From positions 384,001 through 448,000 of the forward strand of contig CM000436.1 in assembly GCA_000165345.1 (NCBI GenBank): 64,000 nucleotides of DNA, read 5' to 3'. Numbering within the stretch: position 1 is the stretch's first letter; the number at the start of each line of letters is the position of its first letter. Shown piece by piece: positions 9,469 to 18,867 of this stretch. The notes under the pieces were generated by a model. The model was not told where the DNA came from and did no database searches. It saw only the letters and a list, made by a program, of their open reading frames with translations. The translations under genes and the position numbers were made by a program.

Positions 9469-11727
9469 ATGTTAATGAATGGATATGAAAGAAGAGTATT
9501 TGTGGAGTCTAAAGAGTGTGAGGCTGGTATAAGGTTTCTTAAAAGATTATCAAAAGAGTTAGAAAGGCAAAATGGAAACAATAAGAATAATAAAGAAGGG
9601 ATAATCTTAGCAATGGCTGGAATTTTGGAAAGAAATAGACAAAGATTAATAAGAGAAACTAGAGATCAATTGTTAAATTTAAAAACAAGAATAATATGCG
9701 AAGATGAAATAGAAGAAATTCAAAGAAAAGATATAGAAAAAAGTAGAAAGAAAATGAATGTAGAAGAGGGAAATAGAAAAATTAAGAAAAGTATTCTTAA
9801 AGAAGAAAAAAAAAAGGAAATAAAAGAGGGAATAAATAAATCAAAATTAGTATTTGGGGAATTAGATGAAGAAAAAAACCGTGAAGATAGATTTATAATT
9901 AAGATAGAAAATGGGAGGAATGAAACAGGATCTTGGGAAGATCCTATTCCTAGTAATAATGGCGTTCCATATGATCATTTTGAAAGAAGGATATATGATA
10001 AATATGTTGACTATTGGAGGAATTCCAAGCTATCAGTACCGTTTTCAACATGGATTAGCGGAGAAAAAATGGATAGAAAAAGATCATCATCAATCATGTC
10101 CTTTGAGTTGATTGAAGAGAATAGCAGCATAAGTTGTAAAAGTATTCAAGAAGCAATATATAGAATAAGAAGATTTGAACAAGATTTTCAGGCAATTCCA
10201 AAAGAGATAATTTTTCCACTCATAGAAAAAGGAATATTAATAAATAATTCCAAAAATACATTGGATAATTTCTCTGGAAATACTTGGAAAGATAATAATT
10301 ATAATCATTTAGAATTTAATAGAGCAAAAATAAAAAATCAAGATATCATTGAAAAGAATCAACTAAATTTACAATCTTCATTTAAAGTACCTCAAAGTTT
10401 GTTTTTTTCAATGGTAATAAGTGATCATGAGAATATGATTCATAGTAAATTAAGTAAAACTGGAATAATAACTAATGAACAAATTAAAGGAAATGATAAA
10501 AAGATGACTAATTTAGTTATTAACAATAATGATTCTTTATTAGAAAAAGATAATATTAATAAAAAACAATGTAATTGTGACTTTTATAAATTAAGACAAA
10601 AGTTTATTGAAGAATATAATTTATATGAACTTATTGGGTCAAATTCAAATCTTGAAAAATTAGATCAATCAATGGAAAGTAATTTGAGATTATGGATGGG
10701 TGCTTATTATTTACCACGTAATGATAAAAGGGCTCGAGGTGGAGAAGATGGATGGTTTTTATCTGAAGATTTACAAAGTATGGGAGTAGCTGATGGAGTT
10801 GGAGAATGGGAAGATTTATCAGGAAAAAGTGCCCGTGTATTTTCAAATTCTATAATGAAAAATTCACTTCAATATATCAAAAGTAATAGAGATCGAAGTT
10901 TAGAGAAGCCTTCTATATTAGCAAAAGATTCATTAAAAGTAGGTCTTGATCATTGTGAAAAAAGTGGTGTACATGGCGCAAGTACTGCACTTGTAGCTTG
11001 TTTTGATCATTATTCTGGAAATATTGGATTTGCTAATATGGGAGATAGTGGAGCACTTGTTCTAAGAAGATTACAATTTGATACTGGTAAGTTGGAGATT
11101 GTTAGAAGGGTTAAAGAAATGCAACATGAATTTAACTGTCCATATCAATTTGCAAATCTACCTCCTGAACATGAATGGGATGAATTAATTGAAAAAGGTT
11201 TTCATGATATTGTAAGACTTGCAAAGATTGAAAAAAAAAACAAAGAAGATTCAAATATTATGGATGATAAATATTCAATGCAGTTAGCTTGTGATGATCC
11301 TGAGTTATCTCAATTATTAGAAGTTCCATTAAAAGAAGGTGATATGGTTATTCTTGGCACTGATGGTCTTTTTGATAATTTATTTGATTTTGAAATTACC
11401 AGCATTTCTGGTTTATCATTTTCTCCTATTGAATCAAAACTTTTTTATAACTGTCTAGATTATACTACTACTCCAATGGTAATAGCAAAATCAATTGCTT
11501 TATCAGCATATTACAAATCACTTGATCCATTTTCCAAAACTCCTTTTGCAAATCAGGCGAAAAGATTTTATAGTGGTGGTAAAAACTCTCTTTTTGAAAG
11601 CCAATCTTTTTCTGGGGGTAAAGAAGATGATATTTCTGTTCTGGTTGCTTGGGTTGTACATAAAGATGATTTTGAAACTTTAACTAAAAATTCACCTCAT
11701 TATTGCGATATTTCAAAAAAGTTATAA
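9469..11727 (+). CDS. PP2C-family protein phosphatase, PTC7/PPTC7-like, with a roughly 440-aa K/E-rich N-terminal extension
   Basis: The C-terminal domain carries the PPTC7 signatures GVADGVGEW (canonical GVADGVGGW), GASTALVA, MGDSGALVLRR, NCPYQF, GTDGLFDN and GKEDDISVLVAWV. The ATG at 9469 reads MLMNGYE. Confidence 0.8.
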   Translation: MLMNGYERRVFVESKECEAGIRFLKRLSKELERQNGNNKNNKEGIILAMAGILERNRQRLIRETRDQLLNLKTRIICEDEIEEIQRKDIEKSRKKMNVEEGNRKIKKSILKEEKKKEIKEGINKSKLVFGELDEEKNREDRFIIKIENGRNETGSWEDPIPSNNGVPYDHFERRIYDKYVDYWRNSKLSVPFSTWISGEKMDRKRSSSIMSFELIEENSSISCKSIQEAIYRIRRFEQDFQAIPKEIIFPLIEKGILINNSKNTLDNFSGNTWKDNNYNHLEFNRAKIKNQDIIEKNQLNLQSSFKVPQSLFFSMVISDHENMIHSKLSKTGIITNEQIKGNDKKMTNLVINNNDSLLEKDNINKKQCNCDFYKLRQKFIEEYNLYELIGSNSNLEKLDQSMESNLRLWMGAYYLPRNDKRARGGEDGWFLSEDLQSMGVADGVGEWEDLSGKSARVFSNSIMKNSLQYIKSNRDRSLEKPSILAKDSLKVGLDHCEKSGVHGASTALVACFDHYSGNIGFANMGDSGALVLRRLQFDTGKLEIVRRVKEMQHEFNCPYQFANLPPEHEWDELIEKGFHDIVRLAKIEKKNKEDSNIMDDKYSMQLACDDPELSQLLEVPLKEGDMVILGTDGLFDNLFDFEITSISGLSFSPIESKLFYNCLDYTTTPMVIAKSIALSAYYKSLDPFSKTPFANQAKRFYSGGKNSLFESQSFSGGKEDDISVLVAWVVHKDDFETLTKNSPHYCDISKKL

Positions 11728-12051
11728 AGTAATATAATATAATGCTCCGATATTTTACACAAAATTATATTGAATATATAATTATTAAAGAATAGAATAG
11801 TTAGTGTTAGTAAATAGTGATAAATAATAGTTTTATATTATGTAAATAAAAAACTAATAATGCAACAGTTTTTTTTTAACTATTAATTGATAATAAACAA
11901 GAGATGAAAAAAAGAAAGACTTTAATGATAAGCTTAAATTAAAACTATTACAGCTGAATATTCATGTTATTTGCTAAAATTATGATCTCATTAATTATAG
12001 CTCTAACAAATTCTGTAATTTAAATATTTACAAAACAAATTAAAATTTCAA

Positions 12052-12062
12052 TTTTGGCGCCA
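12052..12062. promoter_or_regulatory. E2F-like box TTTTGGCGCCA
   Basis: A GC-rich 11-mer in 70%-AT DNA, about 95 bp upstream of the ATG at 12156. Confidence 0.5.
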
Positions 12063-12155
12063 TTTCAGGTCATGATCTTTTGACTATAATTTATTAAAGA
12101 AAAAATTAAAAAAAAAAAGGTAATAGTAATAATAAAATAGCAATACATGTGATTC

Positions 12156-12801
12156 ATGAATTTTATTAGGAATTTTATTAAAGGAAGAAGAGGTATATCG
12201 CAAATTCGATGGAGGAAAGAAACCTCTTTAGAATCAGAAATTGAAGATAAAGATAATGATTCCAATGAAAATGAGATAGAATTTTGCAGAAAATCAAATT
12301 ATCCAAAAAATTCATGTGAAGCACAGTGGATGTTGGTAAGTTCTGAGAAATATTATTAAAAAAAATTGGTGAGACAATTTGAATAATTAAAGAGATAATT
12401 TTTAGAAAAATATAAATTATCTTTTTTTTTTTTGTTGTTAATTTTTAATAATATTTACACAAAAATATAAATAAATATATAAATACTTGAAAACTTTTTT
12501 TTTATTATTCTAGTTGTATTCCTGTATAACTTCAATGGAAGATCATCCAAGCGAGGCTAGTCTTAAATCTGCAAAAGATTTTATTAGAAATATTCCAGAT
12601 CAATGTAAATTTACTCAAATAGAAGATACATTTTCAGAAGGAATAAAAGATTTTGATAACGCTATTTCCACTGCAAACTCAAAGAGAGAACTTCTTCTTT
12701 TGTTATGTACAATTGAAAACAAATGTAGGCATAAGTTAGGAAAGCCATTAGTCTCTTGTAATTATTCTGAGATAATGAAAAGATGGTATAAAAAGGATTA
12801 A
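12156..12801 (+). CDS. Small Cys-containing hypothetical protein of about 155 aa; two exons, 12156..12335 and 12514..12801
   Basis: Two track ORFs (67 aa and 95 aa) join exactly in frame. Exon 1 ends ...CAG TGG ATG TTG, immediately followed by the canonical donor GTAAGT (12336-12341). A pyrimidine-rich acceptor ...TTATTATTCTAG ends at 12513, and exon 2 starts at 12514, which is the first base of the second track ORF (phase 0). The intron is 178 nt and AT-rich. Confidence 0.6.
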
Positions 12802-12922
12802 TGAAATAAAATTCTTTGAATTTAGATTTACGATATGATAAGAATTTAAAAAAAGAAGACGATTAATATATTGTTGATAATACTGAAAATATATTAATAA
12901 TATAAATGGTAATTTAATAGCT

Positions 12923-14176
12923 TTACTGAATTTCTCCATTAGATTTAGAATAATTTATTAGATTTTCATCCAATGATCCGATTTGAGATACCTTTCTGTA
13001 TTTGCTATTCTTAATTAATTGATCATAATTGTTTGAAGAGTTGAAATGCTCATTATCATAGAAATTATCATTAATTTCAGGTTTTTTACCACTATCATAC
13101 TCTAAAGAAGATGAGCCTGATATTGTAGAATCATGATCATAATAGTTTTCTTGTTGAATAGGTTCTTGTTGTTGTAGCTGGTGTCCAAAGGTTATATTAA
13201 AGCTTTCATTCAAATCAATATTTTTATTTGGAATAAATTTAAAAAGATTTGAAAAAGAATAAATAGCAGATCCTCCAATTGTCATAACCAATCCCAAAAT
13301 AGTTGAAAATTTAAGCTCTTCGTTATTTAATAAAACTCCAATTAAAGTTTGAGCTCCAGATTTAACATAGCCTGTTAGATTATAAGCTATAGGAGATGTA
13401 GTATGAATACACCATATTATAATTATCCCAAGGAAGAAATTCAATATACCACTAATTAAAATAGGGCCAAATTTAATTATAAATTCTCCAAAATCTAAAG
13501 TATATAACTCAATGAATGCATTGTGTTCACCAAATATAAAGATTGGAATAGCTGCTAAAAATGAAGTAGTAAGAGCATTATACCAGTAAACTTGGGATTC
13601 ATCATTTATTTTCTTTGAAACACTCTTTATTTGAACAGTATATATTGATTGAAATAAAGAAGAAGTAGTTCCTGATAATATTCCATAGAATCCTAAAGTA
13701 GATGAATCAAGAGAACCAATAATAAATCCCAATATAACAATTCCACATCCAAAAATACATATAGTTGAAATTTGCTGCTTTAATATAAAAATTGAAAAGA
13801 TTATATTAAAGAATAGTGTCAAAGACCTTGTAATTGCATATGATGACATTGGTACATATTTCAAGCAAAGATTGGATAATAATATAAATATTGTGCAAGA
13901 TAAAGACATAGGAAAACAGTCTTTAGCTTTTTCATATTCAATTGATGGTTTTGAAACCAAATTATCAATCCCAAATAAACTCAAGGTTGCATATGCTATT
14001 AAATAGAATATCATTCCACATACTTGTTGTATCCATGTTGTAAATAGTGGATAACTAAAACTCCCAATAAATATTCTTTTATTCAAAAAAACCAAAGCTA
14101 CTGATACAAGGCCATAAAGTATCAATGATAATGCTTTTTTGAATTGAAATGTTTCATTCTCTTTACCCTTTTCCAT
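12923..14176 (-). CDS. Nucleotide-sugar / triose-phosphate transporter family (SLC35/TPT) multi-pass membrane protein
   Basis: About 10 predicted transmembrane helices. It has the TPT/NST hallmark ...LVFLNKRIF... (FLNK motif) and a hydrophilic C-terminal tail. The track start at 14257 is GTG; the first in-frame ATG is at about 14176 (MEKGKENETFQF...). Confidence 0.6.
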   Translation of the reverse strand: MEKGKENETFQFKKALSLILYGLVSVALVFLNKRIFIGSFSYPLFTTWIQQVCGMIFYLIAYATLSLFGIDNLVSKPSIEYEKAKDCFPMSLSCTIFILLSNLCLKYVPMSSYAITRSLTLFFNIIFSIFILKQQISTICIFGCGIVILGFIIGSLDSSTLGFYGILSGTTSSLFQSIYTVQIKSVSKKINDESQVYWYNALTTSFLAAIPIFIFGEHNAFIELYTLDFGEFIIKFGPILISGILNFFLGIIIIWCIHTTSPIAYNLTGYVKSGAQTLIGVLLNNEELKFSTILGLVMTIGGSAIYSFSNLFKFIPNKNIDLNESFNITFGHQLQQQEPIQQENYYDHDSTISGSSSLEYDSGKKPEINDNFYDNEHFNSSNNYDQLIKNSKYRKVSQIGSLDENLINYSKSNGEIQ

Positions 14177-14639
14177 TTTTAACTTCACAACTGTGCTTTT
14201 ATCCAGCACAGAGTGATTCTTTGCAGATCTTCTTAATCTAATTTTTTCAATATTCACAATTAGTGGTTTAGGAGTACTTAAGCCAATTAATTTTTACTCT
14301 AAATACTTATCTAATTAAAAAAGAAGGAAAAATGACCTTTGGCGCTTCTCACATTAAAATTTTATTATCAAATAATAATTGATAAATATATATATAAATA
14401 TATATATATTTTTTTGTATGCAACTATTAACTCTCTTAATCTCACTTTGCTCCAAGTTCACTTTTTTTATCCTTTCCTCTTTACACCTAAGCTAAGAATT
14501 CAATATTCTTTTCATTAACTGTTATATTATTTGCCATACATATTTTTCTTTTTACCAAAATAAAAATAATAATTATAATAATATTTAAATTTATTGATTT
14601 ACGTGTAATTAAAATTATTAATTTTTTTGTTTAATATTC

Positions 14640-14760
14640 AATTACGTGTATAATGAATTTCATGTGGACAAATTGTTATTGATAATTTAATGCAAACACC
14701 GGTATTGAAATAAAAATGGCAATACCAAAAGCAATGCATGTATATGCGCATGCATGCATT
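14640..14760. promoter_or_regulatory. Composite motif cluster CATGTGGACA ... ACACCGGTATTG ... GCGCATGCATGCATTGC
   Basis: Same module as at 1190-1290, located 380-500 bp upstream of the SLC35-like gene (minus strand). Confidence 0.5.
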
Positions 14761-15098
14761 GCTAAAAAAATAGAAAAAATAGTTGAATATATTATTGAAA
14801 TTTAATTTAATATTAGCTTTTTAAAAAAAACTAATACCAATTTTGCTAGTACAAGTTTGTGAATAGAAAGTTACCAACATGAAAACTGATGAATAGGATA
14901 ATTCACTAGTGATCACTTAAGGGATAAATAACAGAAGTAATATTAAGTAAAGAAATGGAATTTAAATTCTGTGAATACTTGTTAAACTAATATATTTAAA
15001 CTAAATATATATTTATTTGTATACAATATGTAGAAATAATTTAAAAGTATAGGCTAGAATACATTAGAAAAGAAGTAAATGACTCGAATCAAAATCGT

Positions 15099-18000
15099 TT
15101 AATTACTTGTACGTCTCTTTTTACTTTGCTTGTTTTTTCTTTGTTCAGTAATTTCATCAAAAGTAATTGGCTTAACTGAGGAGTTACTAGCAGCATCTTG
15201 TTCAAGAATCTTTAATATGCCATTGTTTAAAGATACAATTTCCATTTGATTCTTAAGTAAATGATGAATATATATCTTCAGGTTAGAAAGAACAGAACGA
15301 ATGTTATATTGAGGAATTCTATCATTTCTAGGATCAGATGACTTTGTCCAAACATTAAGATAACCACCTGCGGAATTATTTTGGCCAATAATAGGAGAAA
15401 TAGTGTTAATAGAAGAAATCCAGTGTATGAAATGAGTTTGTACTAGACATAAAACTGTTCTAGTTAATGGCTCCAGTCCATAAAATGACAAATTCTTATT
15501 ATTAATAGGGTTTTCTGTTAATTGTTTTGAATTTAATATTGAATGATCATACATTAACTTGAGCACAGATTCTACCAAAATTAACAGTTTTTCAGCATAA
15601 AGTAAAGGAAGAGACCAAACAACTTCTGCAAGTAAATTAGATGATATCTTCTGAATTGATAATAGAACGTACTCCTGAACTGAATATTCACCAATTTCTA
15701 AAGGAGAAGGAGGAGGAGGGATATTGTTAGAACCTTGTGACTTGTCCTCTTTCTTAATTTCATTTATAGCAAGGTTATATTTTAATAAGTCAATATAATA
15801 ATTATAAGCAATGTCGATAACTTCCATGAGCTTTTCTGTTGATTTCAAAGATTCAAATGTTTTACGTGTTGGACGAGACATAACTGAAACTGAGGAAAAA
15901 TTTTCTGCATAATCATTTGTATTCCCCTGAAGGATTTCTCTCTCAAGCTGTTCTTCCTGTTCTTTTTCTCTTTCTTCTTCAAGAAATAGCTGCTGGTCAG
16001 TTCTAAACCAAACTCTAATAGTTCTATCCAAGAACCCACAAATAATACGATCACCATCAAAAGTTAAACCCAAGCAAAGTATTGGAACTTGACCATAAGT
16101 AGATTTTTGGTGTAAAATCGTAATCAGTTCCCCCTTATCCGTATCCCATAGCTTCAATGATCCATCTCTTGCAGTACTTACAAGGTAATGAGTATCTCTA
16201 ATGAAACAAACTTGAGTTACACATTCATTGTGAGCATGAAATGATCTCTGAATATTACCAAAATCCAAACCCCAAATTTTGATCGTTTTGTCAGCACTAC
16301 CAGTTGCTACAATCGTATTATCATGAGAAACATCCAGACATGCAACTGGTAATGAATGACCATATAAGACCAAAAACTGCTTTAAAGTATCTGCATATAA
16401 TACTAAAACAGTATTGTCTAATAAAGATACAACAAGATATTTACCATTTGGAGTAAATTTGATTGCTAGACCTTCTTCTAAAAGTGGTAAAGTCTTGCTT
16501 AACTTAATGGTTACCTGCCCCTCATCACCATTAGAGTCTTCCTCAAGGCCAAAGTTATATAGATTCAAAGATTTGTCTTGTGCAACTGATACAAAACTTG
16601 TATTATCGGGGCATAATGCTAAAGATTGGATTGCATTTTCGTGTGAATTATCCAAAGATTGTATTAACTTACAATTAGAAATATCATGTAACTGTATACT
16701 CCCTTGTTTTGTTCCTGATATTGTATAATCACCTCCAGGAACAATAAATCCACAAACAGGATTCTCAGCAATCATCGTTCTTACACATCCAAAGCCTTTC
16801 ATATTCCAAATTTTAATTGTATCATCACCAAAAGTTGCAATAAACTTATCATCTTGAGAAATATCGATAGCCCTAGGTATTCCTCTATGTCCCTCATTTT
16901 CAATCCTCCTAAGTACATTACAAGCACTTGCTTGAGCAGAAGAACCTGATTCATCATTTTGAGAGCTTGAATCATTATCTTTAGACTTTTCTTTGGATCC
17001 AATTTCATTAATAAAGCTTTCACTCAGAGAAATGTATCTTAGTGAATTGTTCCCCAATCCAGCAATAAATGTATTACTAGTGGGATCAAAATCAATACCC
17101 AAAAGACGAGTTCCAATCATTTCTTCTTCTGGAATCAATAGTCTCTTACCAAGTGAAAGAGTTTCGTAGCTTCCAGCAAAGATATTAGACTCATTAGATT
17201 CAACATTGGAGTCTCTATTTAGCTTCTTATTAAGTTTTTTAATTCTTTGACTGATTTTATCTGAATCAAAGTATGAAAAAGATTCAATTGAATTTGAATT
17301 TGTAAAGGCAAAAATAGTTCCATAAAAGTCATCCACTAGTTCGATTTGATTACTATCATAATAATCTGACCATTTTGAAAGTAACTTGATAACTTTTGAA
17401 GATTTTCCACCTTGAAATCTTGGTATTCCACCATAGTAAACTGCCAATTTAGATTCTTTTTCAGTATTTTCTTTAAAAAGTGGACAATTTTCCACAGCTT
17501 GATCATTTGGTAATAATAAATCTTTTCCAAGACCAGTTACATGATGGGTAAGTCTATATATTGATATCTCTCCACTTGATCCTGCTGTGAATAATCGATT
17601 ACATAAAGGATTCAATAATATACTATAAATTTCTCCTTTATGCTTTGTTAGGGTCTGAAGACAAATTTGATTTTGAATACTCCAAATCTTAATTGTACAA
17701 TCTTTACTTGATGTAATCAAGATGTGTGGAGTATCTTCCAAAATAATTTTAAACCTTGAATCAGAGTTTGCATTCCCTTTATTGTTATTACCTATTTTGT
17801 TTTGATTTAATTCGCTATCTTCTTTTGTCCAAAGCTTAGTTTTGTGAACAAACTCAATATCAGTAATTTCATTTAGATGGCCAGAATACCTAAAAAGTCC
17901 CTTTCCAGAAAATGTATCCCATAATGTAACTTCAGTGTCAAAACTACCACATGATAAATAATTTCCACTTCTACAAAATTTCAATGCTGTAATATTCTTT

Positions 18001-18383
18001 CCATGACCATGAAAAGTATGAATAACAGATTTTAAAGAAATATTCCATACCCTCACACTACCATCTGAGTATCCTACCGCTATAATCTCTGGTTTTTTTG
18101 GATGTCCACATATCGCTGTTACGTAATGAACTATTGAAGGAATACCTTCGCCTGAATAAACTCTTCCTACAGTTTCAACAGAAAGTGTTCTAGCAATAGT
18201 TCCAGTCTTCATATCTAAGATTAATACTTTTTCTCCTGAAATACTTGCTCCATACCTTGTTAAATCTTGTTCATTTTCTAGTTTCAAACCTTTTTTGAGT
18301 AACTTTACTCCATTTTGAAATGCTGATGTCAGCAAGACCCCATAGGATGACTCAGGGACATACCTCAAGTATGACTTAACCAT
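15099..18383 (-). CDS. UTP12: WD40-repeat U3 snoRNP protein WDR3 / Utp12 (DIP2)
   Basis: The N-terminus MVKSYLRYVPESSYGVL matches WDR3 MGLTKQYLRYVASAVFGVI. AVGYSDGSVRVW resembles AVGYEDGSIRIF, and GHGKNITALKF..GSFDTEVTLWD resembles GHKAAITTLKY..GSKDTDIIVWD. There are many WD repeats and a C-terminal Utp12-type region. Confidence 0.8.
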   Translation of the reverse strand: MVKSYLRYVPESSYGVLLTSAFQNGVKLLKKGLKLENEQDLTRYGASISGEKVLILDMKTGTIARTLSVETVGRVYSGEGIPSIVHYVTAICGHPKKPEIIAVGYSDGSVRVWNISLKSVIHTFHGHGKNITALKFCRSGNYLSCGSFDTEVTLWDTFSGKGLFRYSGHLNEITDIEFVHKTKLWTKEDSELNQNKIGNNNKGNANSDSRFKIILEDTPHILITSSKDCTIKIWSIQNQICLQTLTKHKGEIYSILLNPLCNRLFTAGSSGEISIYRLTHHVTGLGKDLLLPNDQAVENCPLFKENTEKESKLAVYYGGIPRFQGGKSSKVIKLLSKWSDYYDSNQIELVDDFYGTIFAFTNSNSIESFSYFDSDKISQRIKKLNKKLNRDSNVESNESNIFAGSYETLSLGKRLLIPEEEMIGTRLLGIDFDPTSNTFIAGLGNNSLRYISLSESFINEIGSKEKSKDNDSSSQNDESGSSAQASACNVLRRIENEGHRGIPRAIDISQDDKFIATFGDDTIKIWNMKGFGCVRTMIAENPVCGFIVPGGDYTISGTKQGSIQLHDISNCKLIQSLDNSHENAIQSLALCPDNTSFVSVAQDKSLNLYNFGLEEDSNGDEGQVTIKLSKTLPLLEEGLAIKFTPNGKYLVVSLLDNTVLVLYADTLKQFLVLYGHSLPVACLDVSHDNTIVATGSADKTIKIWGLDFGNIQRSFHAHNECVTQVCFIRDTHYLVSTARDGSLKLWDTDKGELITILHQKSTYGQVPILCLGLTFDGDRIICGFLDRTIRVWFRTDQQLFLEEEREKEQEEQLEREILQGNTNDYAENFSSVSVMSRPTRKTFESLKSTEKLMEVIDIAYNYYIDLLKYNLAINEIKKEDKSQGSNNIPPPPSPLEIGEYSVQEYVLLSIQKISSNLLAEVVWSLPLLYAEKLLILVESVLKLMYDHSILNSKQLTENPINNKNLSFYGLEPLTRTVLCLVQTHFIHWISSINTISPIIGQNNSAGGYLNVWTKSSDPRNDRIPQYNIRSVLSNLKIYIHHLLKNQMEIVSLNNGILKILEQDAASNSSVKPITFDEITEQRKNKQSKKRRTSN

Positions 18384-18484
18384 TTTAATACACTAATCAA
18401 CATGTACTCCTAACTTTATTCCTACCCAACAACTTCCAATCAAAAAATCAATTTTGACGTTAAATGTTTTTTTTAATTATTTTT

Positions 18485-18620
18485 TTGGCGGAACTTTACC
18501 GCCTAAATGACTTTTTTTTTTTGCTAACGATAAATACCGGTACATGATAGTAATTTTTAAATGAGCATGCGCCACGTAATATATCAAAATATAAATAAAA
18601 TAAATTTGTCCACATGACAT
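18485..18620. promoter_or_regulatory. E2F-like inverted repeat TTGGCGGAACTTTACCGCC plus AATACCGGTACATG, GAGCATGCGCCACGTAAT and TGTCCACATG
   Basis: Lies 100-240 bp upstream of the WDR3 ATG (minus strand). Read directly. Confidence 0.5.
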
Positions 18621-18867
18621 TTTGATGATTTTATTAAATAAATAAATACATAGTCTCAAGAAATGGAGGTTTTTACATTAAATTTCTAAGTAATTCGTGA
18701 ATTTAATGTGGGATTATTGACATATAATATAGAGTTTGGAAACAAATATAACTAATTAAAGAAAAATGGGTTTATATAAATTTATATAGGAGGGGGGCCT
18801 AAAATATTTCTAAATATAAAGAGATTTGCAGAAGAAGTTGCATGCAATAATCCAACACATTAATGAA

